Below, piece after piece: positions 25,205 through 35,710 of a stretch of DNA of 55,212 bases (position 1 is the first letter of the stretch; every line of letters starts with the position of its first letter). Source of the DNA: a virus; IMG/VR virus record IMGVR_UViG_3300023296_000001, one strand, 5' to 3'. A program made the position numbers and the translations under genes. Below the pieces are notes generated by a model. That model was not told the origin of the DNA. It saw only the letters and a list, made by a program, of their open reading frames with translations, and made no database searches.

Positions 25205-25861
25205 ATGGCAGCACCAAATATGAATTTAACATTACCAGTAGTGACCGTCACTATTGGACCTGAATGGGCAACCGAGCTTAACACAGCACTAGAAGTAATA
25301 GACTCCCATGATCACTCAAGCGATAAAGGCGTTAGCATTACTCCAGCTGGATTAGACATAAGCACAAACTTAGACATTCAAAACCACATATTCTACAACT
25401 TCCAAGCAGTAAGATTCCAAGCCCAAACTGCAGCTTTAACAGGAGCTTCAAATGCGAATGCACTTCATAGCGTTAGTGGTGATTTATATTTTACTAACTC
25501 TGCTGGTACTGCAGTACAGCTCACCGCCGGTGGTAGTATTGTTGCTTCTCCTGGTTCTGCATCGGTTTTTACACAAACCGCAATAAGTACAGACGCAACC
25601 ATTGGAGCCGGAGACACGTACGTAACATTATTAGTAGATACTACATCAGCAAGAACTTTGACACTACCATTAGCGTCAGGAGTGGCAGCAGGTAGAGTTT
25701 ACATAATTAAAGACGTATCAGGACAGTCAGAAGCCAATAATATCACACTCGGTATAGCAGGCTCAGACACTATAGACGGAGCCGCTTCAATAGTACTCAG
25801 CTCTAACTACGGATCTTGGATGATTTCTGGAGATTCAGTAACATCATGGTATGTACTATAA
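25205..25861 (+). CDS. Tail fibre/adaptor-like protein (218 aa), paralogue of 37043-37675
   Basis: Shared C-terminal block: TLTLP...IKDVSGQSEANNITL...DTIDGAASIVLSSNYGSW...SVTSWYVL versus TVTLP...IKDGGNAETNNITI...ETIDGAASYVISSNYGSV...SVNWWIL. Confidence 0.55.
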   Translation: MAAPNMNLTLPVVTVTIGPEWATELNTALEVIDSHDHSSDKGVSITPAGLDISTNLDIQNHIFYNFQAVRFQAQTAALTGASNANALHSVSGDLYFTNSAGTAVQLTAGGSIVASPGSASVFTQTAISTDATIGAGDTYVTLLVDTTSARTLTLPLASGVAAGRVYIIKDVSGQSEANNITLGIAGSDTIDGAASIVLSSNYGSWMISGDSVTSWYVL

Positions 25862-25870
25862 GGGATATAA

Positions 25871-28816
25871 ATGAGTTTAAACAAACAAGAACTTCCCATT
25901 CCATTTGCAAAAGGCGTCGAAACTAAACTCGACTCCAAGCAGCGCCCTATAGGATCAATGAACCTATTAGAGAACGTGGTATTGTCAGAACCAGGGAAAC
26001 TAAAAAAACGAACTGGATATACAAAACTTTCTACAGATGAATTAACAGGTACAATTGTAAATTCTCAAAAACTTACAAATTTCATAGACGAGCTATGCTT
26101 GTATACAGCTACTAACTTTTTCTCATTCAGCGAGTCAACCGACAAATGGACCGATAAAGGAATCATATCAAACATTTTTCCAGATTCAAAACCAATAGTA
26201 AGAAACACTTACCAGCAATCAGACGTAGCATCAACCCATGTTAATGGATTAGACATTTTCGCATGGGAAGACACCAGAGGCGGAATAAGAGTTTCCATAA
26301 TCGACAACGCAACCGGAAACGAATTAGTATCAGACACTGAAATAACCTCTAGCGGTGTTAATCCTAAAGTTGAGTACATCGCTAATGAAGCATATTTCTT
26401 CTTCTCTGACGGAGCAAGTGTAAAATACAGAAAAGTAAACCCTGTCAACCCTACTACAATAGAAGCCGAAGTAGTAGCAGTTTCATCAGACCTAAACGCA
26501 GGCGCTAAACTTTTCGACACTACATCAGTATCAGATGAAATAATCATGGTATGGTATAACGCCGCCGGAACAATGTCAATGCGAAAACTACAAGCAGCGG
26601 CAGTATTGACAGCAGTACAAGTTCAATCAGGAGAGGCGCCGTCAGTAGCTCTTAGTGTAACATCAGACTCCCTAAGTAGAGTATTAATAACGTATTACAA
26701 CGCAACTGCAGTAAAAGTAATAGTGAGATCTTTCTCCCTAAGTGCAAACATAGTAACACCGACAGTAGTAGAGACAATCGCAAACGTAACAAACTGCAGC
26801 GCCGCAAGCTCAGACGGTGTTACTTATAATGTATATTACCAAATCTCAGCATCAGCAACAACAAATCATAAAGTAAGGGTAAACACAATAGACACATCTG
26901 CCAGCGTCGGTACTCCAGCAGTATTCATGTTATCCGTAGGTATGGCAGCAGAACCGTTCGTACACAATAATGTAGTTTATTTACCAGTTATTCACCAAAG
27001 CACATTCCAGTCTACATTATTCCTAGCAAATTCAGCAGGAAACATAGTATCTAAAATCGCACCAGGATTAGCAGGAGTGTTATTAGCATCCGGCACGTTA
27101 CCATCTGTAAACAACATAACTGATGATAACTTCCTTTTCGGACACCAAATAAAAGGTAAAAACGTATCAGAAGACAATACATTCTTCAGTCTCATAGGCG
27201 TACAATCTACCACTCTTGAATTTGACAAAAACGAAAAATTTGAAAACTCAAGACTTGGAAGAAACCTTCACACATCCGGAGGAGTGTTACAATCTTACGA
27301 CGGTAAAGTAATAGTAGAACATGGATTTCACTTATTCCCAGAAGACCTAACAGCAGGAACAAATGCTTCTTCAGGCGGTAACATGTCAGACGGAACATTT
27401 CATTACTCCGCAGTTTATAGCTGGACAGATAACAAAGGTCAAGATCATAGATCTGCTCCGAGTATTCCAATTACAGTTACAACATCTGCAGGCGGCACAA
27501 CGCAGACTCAACCTATAATAGTTCCCACTTTAAGATTGACAGAAAAAACCAATGTTATCATAGAACTATATAGAACTGAAGCCAGCGGTACAATTTTCTA
27601 CAAAGCAACTTCAACTACATCACCTACATATAACGATCAAACTGCAGACACTGTTACAATTACAGACACATTAGCAGATGCTAGTTTGATATCTAACGAA
27701 ACGCTATACACAACCGGAGGAGTGTTAGACAACATCAGCGCTCCGTCTGCATATCTTATAGAATCACTTGGAAACAGATTATACATTGCAGGATTAGAAG
27801 ATGAAAACCAATTGGGATATTCTAAAATCAGAAACGAAGGTAAGCCAGTAGAATTCAACGACACTCTAACAATGAACATAAACTCACTAGGCGGAGCAAT
27901 AACAGCAATAAAAGCAATGGATGATAAACTAATAATCTTCAAAGACTCCGCAATATTCTACCTAACCGGAGACGGTCCAAACAATCTCGGAGAGCAAAAC
28001 AACTTCATAGAGCCAGAATTAATATCTGCAGACGTAGGGTGCGTTTCATCTAAAAGTATTGTACTTACTCCTCACGGTTTAATGTTTCAATCTAAGAAAG
28101 GGATATATCTCCTATCAAGATCACTCGGCACTTCATACGTAGGTCAAGGAGTAGAAGACTTCAACTCCGTAACCATAAAAAGCGCGAATCTAAAACTGAA
28201 TGATAATCTAGCAGTGTTTTTAACTTCAGACGGTAACACATTAACATATGACTACTTCGTACAAAAATGGGCAACATATACAAACCATAGAGGGTTATCA
28301 GCTATTATAAACAACGACAGCTACTACTACATCAGAATGAACGGTGACATATATAAAGAGTCAGAAGAATACACCGACGACGGATCACACATAAAAATGG
28401 TAGTAGAAACGTCATGGATGTCGCTTGCAGGAGTGCAAAACTACAAACGAGTGTATAGAGCACTTATACTTGGAGATTATAAATCTGCTCACAAAGTAGT
28501 AGTAAAAGTAGCATATAACTACTTAGAAGCTTATACACAAGAAGTGACATTAAACACAGCAGATTTTACAACCGATTCAGTATACGGCGGCGATAGTCCT
28601 TACGGAACAGGAACACCTTACGGCGGTACAGGAAATCAGTACCAATTTAGAGTAAACTTTAAAACGCAAAAATGTCAAAGCATTAAAATCAGAATAGAAG
28701 ATTCACAAGAATCATCATTCGGGGAAGGCTTGTCACTATCAAACATGTTAATGGTAGTAGGAGTTAAAGGAACCGAATACAAACCAACACAAGCGAGGAC
28801 GTATGGAACAAACTAA
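25871..28816 (+). CDS. Large tail structural protein (981 aa; tail tubular/nozzle-like)
   Basis: Size and position only. Confidence 0.45.
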   Translation: MSLNKQELPIPFAKGVETKLDSKQRPIGSMNLLENVVLSEPGKLKKRTGYTKLSTDELTGTIVNSQKLTNFIDELCLYTATNFFSFSESTDKWTDKGIISNIFPDSKPIVRNTYQQSDVASTHVNGLDIFAWEDTRGGIRVSIIDNATGNELVSDTEITSSGVNPKVEYIANEAYFFFSDGASVKYRKVNPVNPTTIEAEVVAVSSDLNAGAKLFDTTSVSDEIIMVWYNAAGTMSMRKLQAAAVLTAVQVQSGEAPSVALSVTSDSLSRVLITYYNATAVKVIVRSFSLSANIVTPTVVETIANVTNCSAASSDGVTYNVYYQISASATTNHKVRVNTIDTSASVGTPAVFMLSVGMAAEPFVHNNVVYLPVIHQSTFQSTLFLANSAGNIVSKIAPGLAGVLLASGTLPSVNNITDDNFLFGHQIKGKNVSEDNTFFSLIGVQSTTLEFDKNEKFENSRLGRNLHTSGGVLQSYDGKVIVEHGFHLFPEDLTAGTNASSGGNMSDGTFHYSAVYSWTDNKGQDHRSAPSIPITVTTSAGGTTQTQPIIVPTLRLTEKTNVIIELYRTEASGTIFYKATSTTSPTYNDQTADTVTITDTLADASLISNETLYTTGGVLDNISAPSAYLIESLGNRLYIAGLEDENQLGYSKIRNEGKPVEFNDTLTMNINSLGGAITAIKAMDDKLIIFKDSAIFYLTGDGPNNLGEQNNFIEPELISADVGCVSSKSIVLTPHGLMFQSKKGIYLLSRSLGTSYVGQGVEDFNSVTIKSANLKLNDNLAVFLTSDGNTLTYDYFVQKWATYTNHRGLSAIINNDSYYYIRMNGDIYKESEEYTDDGSHIKMVVETSWMSLAGVQNYKRVYRALILGDYKSAHKVVVKVAYNYLEAYTQEVTLNTADFTTDSVYGGDSPYGTGTPYGGTGNQYQFRVNFKTQKCQSIKIRIEDSQESSFGEGLSLSNMLMVVGVKGTEYKPTQARTYGTN

Positions 28817-28818
28817 AC

Positions 28819-28847
28819 TTTACAATAGCAACACAATATGTTATAAT
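28819..28847 (+). promoter_or_regulatory. Internal sigma70-type promoter TTTACA-N17-TATAAT
   Basis: -35 at 28819-28824, -10 at 28842-28847, 20 nt upstream of ATG 28868. Confidence 0.55.
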
Positions 28848-28867
28848 ACAATTCAAGGAGAAGTATA

Positions 28868-30151
28868 ATGGGACTCGGAAGCTTCGTAAAAAGCGGATTA
28901 GGGATGGCAGCAGGATTAGATCCAACTGGAATAACAGGAGGTCTTATAGGCGGTATTGGAGACATTGCACAAGGTACAGCAACTTTCAAAGGCGCTACTA
29001 GAAAGATAGACAAAGACGCTTTTAAAATCGGAGGATCTGATAAAAGACAAAAACAAAACGCTAATCAAATTAGACGTGGCGATATTATGGAACGCCAAGC
29101 CGATAAGGAATTGCGAAAATCCAGAAAATTTGGAGAACAGTCCAGAAACGGTCAATCAAGTCTTATAAAAGATCTTCAACGACAATCAGCAGGTAAAGGT
29201 CCATCATTAGCAGAAGCTCAGATGAAACGAGCAGGAGATCGAGGATTAGCGCAACAACTAGCAGCAGCAGCAGCTCAACGTGGTGGTAATCAAGCCTCAT
29301 TACAGCGCTCACTAGCTAGAGGACAACAAGCTCAATCAGCAGATATAGCACAGCAAGCAGGTCAAGCTAGAATACAAGAGCAATTATCAGCTAGACAACA
29401 ATTAGCCGGAGCATTACAGCAGCGACGTGGTCAAGATGCTCAATTATTGGATCAGAACCAACAACTATATGGAGCAGGAGTAGCAAGACAACAACAAGGA
29501 ATTAAACAAGGTCAAGCTATGTCACAAGCGTCACAACAACAGCAAGCAAACCTACAAGGTATGGAAACAGATCAATTCCTAGCAGCTCAAGGTTTAACAG
29601 GCGCAGGAGCTATGCAAGGTAAGCAATTGCAGTCAGATATGATCGGCGGAATAATGTCAGCGGTTTCAGATGAAAAAGCAAAAAAGAGCATTAAAAGCCA
29701 CTCAGGAAATGAAGATAAAAAACCTTCTGACGGTTCTAAATTCGCAAAAGATTTAGGAGCAGGTATGAAAAAAAGCGGCGGAAAAGATTATACACAATCA
29801 GGTAAATCATTATTTGCAGAAAAATCAGCAAATGTAAAAAGTTACTCAGATGAAAAAGTAAAAGAATCTAAAAAATCCGAAGGACCAAAAGAGTTCCTAG
29901 ACGCATTAAAAGCATACTCATATGAATACAAAGATAGTCACAAAAATCTACCAGGAGCTGGAGAAGGGCGTCACATGTCAGTAATGGCACAAGACCTTGA
30001 GAAAGCAGGATCAGTTGGGAAGTCAATGGTACAAGACACACCAGACGGAAAAATAGTCGACTACGGAAAAGGATTCGGTGCAATATTAGCAGCACAAGCA
30101 CACCTAAACGAAAGACTTTCAGAAATAGAATCTAAAAAGAAAAAGGATTAG
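28868..30151 (+). CDS. Gly/Gln-rich virion protein with C-terminal peptidase S74 (intramolecular chaperone) domain
   Basis: SDEKVKESKK...LDALKAYSYEYK...HMSVMAQDLEKAG...VDYGKGFGAILAAQAHLNERLSEIE follows the S74 consensus order. Confidence 0.7.
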   Translation: MGLGSFVKSGLGMAAGLDPTGITGGLIGGIGDIAQGTATFKGATRKIDKDAFKIGGSDKRQKQNANQIRRGDIMERQADKELRKSRKFGEQSRNGQSSLIKDLQRQSAGKGPSLAEAQMKRAGDRGLAQQLAAAAAQRGGNQASLQRSLARGQQAQSADIAQQAGQARIQEQLSARQQLAGALQQRRGQDAQLLDQNQQLYGAGVARQQQGIKQGQAMSQASQQQQANLQGMETDQFLAAQGLTGAGAMQGKQLQSDMIGGIMSAVSDEKAKKSIKSHSGNEDKKPSDGSKFAKDLGAGMKKSGGKDYTQSGKSLFAEKSANVKSYSDEKVKESKKSEGPKEFLDALKAYSYEYKDSHKNLPGAGEGRHMSVMAQDLEKAGSVGKSMVQDTPDGKIVDYGKGFGAILAAQAHLNERLSEIESKKKKD

Positions 30152-30153
30152 TA

Positions 30154-32799
30154 GTGGCATTGAATGATCAATCTCTAAATTCACAAGTGCCAGTAGCTGA
30201 AGAAGTTACTATAACTCCTAGAGAAACTGAACCAGCTCCGGTCATGGCTCAACCAGCTATGGACAATCAACAAGCATTAGCGGATAAGGGATTTTTACCA
30301 CATGATTTTTTTGCATCACAGCAAGAAGCAGATCCAGTTGAAGCTGAAGAAGTTTCAGTTGAAGATCCAATTACTGCTCCAGTTGAAGAGTTAGAAAACC
30401 CAGCTAAAAAAAGAAACATTAAAAAACAAGCCGGCGTTAACATTGAAAAAGTAGAACCAGAACTATTAGACAGAATAGAATCGCTAGACCTGTCTGAGTT
30501 TGGAGTAACTACGCCAACAATCTCTTCAGGATTTAGAGGAGAAAGTAAAACAGCAGGACTAAGAGACAAGTTCATAAAAGAAGCAAATTTAGATACTTCA
30601 AACCTATCAGCAGAAGCTAAAACAGTAGTAATGGACGCGATAAATAGAAGAGATTCAAACGGAAAATCAATATACCCTTCAGGTGGTTGGGGTGCAGCAT
30701 TAAATAAAATCACTCAACTTGCAGGAACGGACGTAGCCCAAAAAGTAGGAAACATAAGAAAAAGATTCGGAGGATTTCAATCAGGTCATACTAAAGGTAG
30801 TAAAGTTGATATGTCAGAATCTCAGTTTGGAAGAAAATTATCAAAAGAAGAACTAAACAGCGTAATAGGAAAACTAAAGGCTCAAGGATTAGAAGTATAT
30901 CATGAACCAAACCAAGGCGCTAAAGTGCCAGGAACTAATAAGAGATATGATGTATTTGACATAAGAATAGCAGAACCAACAAACGAAGACGCAACTAGAT
31001 TATCAATGTCTCCCACAGAACAACAAGACGTATTCGGAGACGTAGTAACACCAGAAAACATGACAAGCGATCAAACAGCACAACTACAACAAGATTTTAA
31101 ATCAGGAAAATTCAACGACAGGAGACTAGCAATGGCTGGAGAAGAAAACATACAAGTACCTCAAGAGCAAGAGGAACAGGTTTTAGGACCATCAACTCCT
31201 GAAAACGTACAAGCTACAGAAGCTGCACAACAAGAAGTACAGCCTGAATCTCCAGACCAACGTAAGTCTAGAATCAGACAAGAGATCAAAGATAGAAACT
31301 CTCAAAAACAAGCCGGATTCAGCGACATGCCAGGTAGAGTAACACCTGTAAACGAACCTTCAGATGAAGAAATTATTCAAGAATCAATAGCGCAACAAGA
31401 CGCCGAAGACGCTCGTATAGTAGCGGAGCAAGAAGAGCAAGCAGCAATAGTAGAACAAAGAAGACAACAACTAGCTCAAGCAGAGTTAGCAGGTATTCCA
31501 TTAGAAAGATCTCCAGTTGATGATCTACTAGATCAACAAAACTCTCAGCAAATTTCCGAAGCCCAATTAATGCAAGCAGCAGATGATGAATCACTAGTAG
31601 CTCAAGCTAAAGACGAAGCAGTTGCAGATTTTCAAGATCAAGAAGAGCAAGAGTATCAAAAACAAGTAGGTATGTCAAAACAAGAAGCAGTAGACATGCA
31701 ATCTCAGCAAGAAGGAGTCATGATAGCTCAACAAGAGCGCATGATAAAAAAGCAAGAAGAAGCTGAACAGATTAGCAATATATTACAACAAACAGAAAAA
31801 GATCTAGCAGTTGAAATACAACAAGCAAAAGATGATAATAATCTATCATTTTGGGATGTTGTAGGAGGTCTTATAGGCGGAGCTGGCTCAGGATTAGTAG
31901 GTCAAAAGTCACGCACGTTCGACGAAATACTAGAGAAGAAATTAGAAAGTAGTATAAAGTTTAAAACACTACCATTAGAAAAAAGAAAACTTGCATACGC
32001 ACAAGCATTAGAAGGTGTAAAAGCAGATATTGATAAAAGCGTAAAAATAACTAACAACGCAGCTACAATATCAAAGCTTAACCAAGCCAAAGTAGAAATA
32101 ACTAAAAAAGCAGAACAAGCTAGAGCAGAGGCAGGGGCAGAGTTAGTAAAGCAACAACTACTAGGAAAGTACTCAGACATGCAACGTAAAAGACAAACAT
32201 TAAACGAAGAAGAAACGCAGCAGTTTTTCGACGCATTACCAAAAGAAAAACAAAAACTAGCAGTAAAACTAAAAGAAGGCTTTGAACAAAAAATCAAAGA
32301 CACAGACTACGCCATGATTGAAGATTCATACTCTAACCTCATGTTAGCTTCTGAATCTGGATCACCAGCAGGCGGTTTAGCGGCAATTTTCTCATTTATG
32401 AAATCACTAGACCCTACATCAGTTGTAAGAGAAGGTGAACAAGCGCTTGCAAGAGCAGCTACAAGTTTACCAGGAAAAGTACAAAACGCAGTCAACTCCA
32501 TGTTAAACGGTAGACCATTAAATGAAACCCAACTTGAAGACTTCAGAACCTTTGCAGCAAAAAGATTAATAGCAAAAGTCGGTAGAGCCAAAAAAGTAGC
32601 AAAAGACGCTTCCAAATCCGCAATAGCCGTAGGCGTACCTGCACAATGGGTAACAGGCGGAGCAGAAAACTTCAAAGGAATGGCAAGCATCATCGGAACT
32701 AGAGAAGCAAAAATCCTAGAGCTTATGCAAAAGTTTGGAAAAGAAAGAGACTTTATACTAAACGCTGAAAAAAACGGTAGTATCAAACCAATACAATAA
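30154..32799 (+). CDS. Internal virion/ejection protein (881 aa) with a possible M15-type zinc peptidase domain
   Basis: GTG start. SSGFRGES, SGHTKGSKVD (SxHxxGxxxD) and EVYHE near 30500-30990, then a long Glu/Gln-rich coiled coil. Confidence 0.45.
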   Translation: MALNDQSLNSQVPVAEEVTITPRETEPAPVMAQPAMDNQQALADKGFLPHDFFASQQEADPVEAEEVSVEDPITAPVEELENPAKKRNIKKQAGVNIEKVEPELLDRIESLDLSEFGVTTPTISSGFRGESKTAGLRDKFIKEANLDTSNLSAEAKTVVMDAINRRDSNGKSIYPSGGWGAALNKITQLAGTDVAQKVGNIRKRFGGFQSGHTKGSKVDMSESQFGRKLSKEELNSVIGKLKAQGLEVYHEPNQGAKVPGTNKRYDVFDIRIAEPTNEDATRLSMSPTEQQDVFGDVVTPENMTSDQTAQLQQDFKSGKFNDRRLAMAGEENIQVPQEQEEQVLGPSTPENVQATEAAQQEVQPESPDQRKSRIRQEIKDRNSQKQAGFSDMPGRVTPVNEPSDEEIIQESIAQQDAEDARIVAEQEEQAAIVEQRRQQLAQAELAGIPLERSPVDDLLDQQNSQQISEAQLMQAADDESLVAQAKDEAVADFQDQEEQEYQKQVGMSKQEAVDMQSQQEGVMIAQQERMIKKQEEAEQISNILQQTEKDLAVEIQQAKDDNNLSFWDVVGGLIGGAGSGLVGQKSRTFDEILEKKLESSIKFKTLPLEKRKLAYAQALEGVKADIDKSVKITNNAATISKLNQAKVEITKKAEQARAEAGAELVKQQLLGKYSDMQRKRQTLNEEETQQFFDALPKEKQKLAVKLKEGFEQKIKDTDYAMIEDSYSNLMLASESGSPAGGLAAIFSFMKSLDPTSVVREGEQALARAATSLPGKVQNAVNSMLNGRPLNETQLEDFRTFAAKRLIAKVGRAKKVAKDASKSAIAVGVPAQWVTGGAENFKGMASIIGTREAKILELMQKFGKERDFILNAEKNGSIKPIQ

Positions 32800-32807
32800 G
32801 GAACAAA

Positions 32808-35213
32808 ATGAGTTCTGATAAAGAATTATTCAAAAAAATGAATAAAACCATTGACGCTGAAGCAGCTCCAGACAAAGATTCACTATATGGTGATGAAGGT
32901 AGTCTAATACCCGATGCGGATCTTGCAGATACCAAAGCAGGTTTTAAAGAAGAACAAAGACTAGAAGATGAATACGGTGATAACACTGCATCAGCTTTAG
33001 GACTTGGAGCACTTAGAGGTGCAACTTTAGGCGTATCCGATCATATCTTGTCAAAAACCGGAATAGTATCACAAGAAGCCTTAAGAGAGATTAAAGCAAG
33101 AAACTCAGCAGCTTCAACCACAGGTGATGTTTTATCAACTGCAGCATTATTATTAGCTTCAGGTGGAGCCGCAGGAGCAGCAAAAGCTGGAGCAGCAGTA
33201 GTAGGTAGAAAAGCAGTAGCAAAAGGAATAGCTAAAAAAATAGCCCGAACAGCATCAGCACCAATAAGAGGTATAGAAGCTGCAGGATTAGCATCAGAAA
33301 AACTAGCCCAAAAAGCACTATCAAACGTGTTAAAAGATGCAGCAAAAGACTCAATAGCTAAAAAAATAGTACAAAAGTCAATACCTAAAATGTTAGGCTC
33401 AGGAGTGGAAGGTGCAATATTCGCACAAGGCGAGCTTATATCAGAACACGCTCTAGATAACGCAGAAATGTCAGCAGAAAATATCTTAGCAACCGCTGGC
33501 ATTGGCGGTCTTATGGGCGTAGCTGCAGGTGGTATATTCGAAGCTCCAAAAGCTTTAGCCCCTATTGGTAAAAAAATAAAACCTAAAATGAACGCATTAG
33601 GTGAAAAAGTATTAAACAAATTCGGAGATGTTAAAGAAGCATCTCTAGACATAATTGGTGCAAAACCTTCAACAAGAACATTTTTAAAGAAAAACAAAGC
33701 ACAGTTTGTAGAAGAGTTACCAGACTTTTTAGTGGAAAAAGCCAAAATGGGAAAATGGACCAGCGACGCTAAGTTGTACGATAATGTATTAGACTTAAAA
33801 GATAAAGCAGGTTCAAAAATAGGTTCAATCATTAAAGAAGTTGACGAACTTGGGCTTAAAACACCTGGCATGTTATCAACAAAAAGAGAAGTATTTGCAA
33901 GACAGCAATCTAAGATACAAGCTATCATAGATGATCACATAGACATTCCAGAATGGGAATCAGCAATGCCTTTTCTAAGGAAATACAGAGACTCATACGG
34001 CGAACTAGCTAGAAAACGTGGAAACATTACAGCTAAAGATTTACATGATAGAAGAATGTTAATCGATAAGGAAATAAGATACTCAAAAGGTTTTGAAAAT
34101 TTCAATAAAAAAGAAATGGCAATGACTGAAATAAGAGACTCCCTAAACGATGAAATATTCAAAGTTGCAGATAACGCATACGCAGCAGGAGTACCTGGAA
34201 TAGCTGATACATTAAAAGCAGCAAACAAAGACTACTCATACTCAGCAACATTATTACCATTACTAGCAAAACAAGTAGACTCAGCAGCGGCGAAACGTGG
34301 AATATTTTCAATGTCAGACATGATGGTTGGAGGATTCGGATTAGCAGGAGATTCATTAACCGCTGGAGGTACTTTATTAGTAGGTAAAAAACTATGGGAA
34401 TCTAACCTAAGAAGAAGACTTCAAATATTAAAATCAGTTGAGAAGCAAAACCAGATAGTGTCTAAGAAAATAGACTTCGGAGTAAAGAGCTTTTTCAAAG
34501 GCAAAGCATCAGCAGCTAAACTAACTTCAGTAAATGCTCTAGTAAACTCAAATCTATCAATAGATCAAGAATCAAAAAAGAAACCAAAAACAAAAGCAGA
34601 AGCGTTTAAAAACATTAAAAATAACCTAGTGGAATTAACTACAAATCCTGAAAAGTTTCAAAAGAGAATGATAATAAGAACGGCACACTTAGTAAAAGAA
34701 GCACCTCAAACTACAGCTTTTGCAACCGCTACAGCTCAAGCAGGTGTGCAGTTTTTAATGACAAAACTACCAAAACCACTTACAAACCCTGGAACCAAAA
34801 ACGCATTCACAAAACGAGAATGGGGACCGTCTGAAACTCAAATGGCAAAATTCCAAAGATACGTAGAAACAGTAGAAAACCCAATGTCAATAGTAGAAGA
34901 TTTGGAATCAGGAACCATAACCAGAGAAGCAGCAGAAGCGCTTCAAATAGTATATCCTAGAATTTTCCAACAAATACAGGAAAAAGTAATGGACTCTTTA
35001 AGTTCTAGTGAGGAAGTAGTACCATATAACAAACGACTTCAACTAGGTATATTACTAAATATTCCTACTGATGAATCGTTACAACCTGAAGCAATCAAAG
35101 GATTGCAAGACAATTTCATACCAGCAGAAGAACAACAACAAATCGACTCAGACGATATCGAGCGATCAAATCGAGAGCAAACGCTCAATCAGCAGATGCT
35201 GACAAGGGAGTAA
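32808..35213 (+). CDS. Internal virion protein (801 aa) with Ala/Gly-rich hydrophobic segments
   Basis: Size, position and composition. Confidence 0.45.
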   Translation: MSSDKELFKKMNKTIDAEAAPDKDSLYGDEGSLIPDADLADTKAGFKEEQRLEDEYGDNTASALGLGALRGATLGVSDHILSKTGIVSQEALREIKARNSAASTTGDVLSTAALLLASGGAAGAAKAGAAVVGRKAVAKGIAKKIARTASAPIRGIEAAGLASEKLAQKALSNVLKDAAKDSIAKKIVQKSIPKMLGSGVEGAIFAQGELISEHALDNAEMSAENILATAGIGGLMGVAAGGIFEAPKALAPIGKKIKPKMNALGEKVLNKFGDVKEASLDIIGAKPSTRTFLKKNKAQFVEELPDFLVEKAKMGKWTSDAKLYDNVLDLKDKAGSKIGSIIKEVDELGLKTPGMLSTKREVFARQQSKIQAIIDDHIDIPEWESAMPFLRKYRDSYGELARKRGNITAKDLHDRRMLIDKEIRYSKGFENFNKKEMAMTEIRDSLNDEIFKVADNAYAAGVPGIADTLKAANKDYSYSATLLPLLAKQVDSAAAKRGIFSMSDMMVGGFGLAGDSLTAGGTLLVGKKLWESNLRRRLQILKSVEKQNQIVSKKIDFGVKSFFKGKASAAKLTSVNALVNSNLSIDQESKKKPKTKAEAFKNIKNNLVELTTNPEKFQKRMIIRTAHLVKEAPQTTAFATATAQAGVQFLMTKLPKPLTNPGTKNAFTKREWGPSETQMAKFQRYVETVENPMSIVEDLESGTITREAAEALQIVYPRIFQQIQEKVMDSLSSSEEVVPYNKRLQLGILLNIPTDESLQPEAIKGLQDNFIPAEEQQQIDSDDIERSNREQTLNQQMLTRE

Positions 35214-35216
35214 ATC

Positions 35217-35285
35217 ATGATAGCAGTATTTTTTATGGTAGTGTTTATAGCAATGGAGCTATTCAGAGAAGAACTAGGTTTATAA
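35217..35285 (+). CDS. Hydrophobic micro-ORF (22 aa, MIAVFFMVVFIAMELFREELGL)
   Basis: Starts 4 nt after the stop of 32808-35213. Homologous to the minus-strand micro-ORF at 11175-11240. Confidence 0.45.
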   Translation: MIAVFFMVVFIAMELFREELGL

Positions 35286-35340
35286 CACATACACTATAGT
35301 ATAGAGCTTATAAACTCGTAACCTCAAAAAAGGAGTCCAA

Positions 35341-35709
35341 ATGGGACGCAAGAACGTAGTAAAATCTTATAAAATGTGGAGCGCTGGAGACATCAGCGGA
35401 TCTATCACTTCATCAGAAACCAATGTACTAAACCTCGATACCGCTAGTATCCATATAACATGGTCAGGAACTAGTCCAGCAGGTACGATAACAGTAGAAG
35501 CTAGTAATCAAGATCCAGACAAAAGCAGTGTTACCCAAGTTTGGCATGAGTTAGACCTAGGAAGCGCTGTTTCAGTATCGGGAAACTCAGGGGAGCATTT
35601 GATAATTTTTAACGAAATGCCTTTCAACACTATTAGATTACAATACGCAAGATCAAGCGGAACCGGAAGCCTTGAAGCTACTATATCTGCTAAGACTACT
35701 GGCGCCTAG
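35341..35709 (+). CDS. Small fibre-locus protein (122 aa), same size and architecture as 40378-40746
   Basis: AAAGGAG SD. Ser/Thr-rich, beta-rich composition. Confidence 0.5.
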   Translation: MGRKNVVKSYKMWSAGDISGSITSSETNVLNLDTASIHITWSGTSPAGTITVEASNQDPDKSSVTQVWHELDLGSAVSVSGNSGEHLIIFNEMPFNTIRLQYARSSGTGSLEATISAKTTGA

Positions 35710-35710
35710 T

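Noticed and set aside
33041-33928. 295-aa minus-strand ORF antisense to the 801-aa virion protein; similar antisense ORFs at 30267-30713, 31902-32786, 20397-20886, 13645-13980 and 40743-41060
   Set aside because: They are antisense to long, well-supported late genes with biased (Ala/Glu/Lys-rich) codon content that suppresses stops on the opposite strand. They have no SDs and would run against the transcription direction of the arm.
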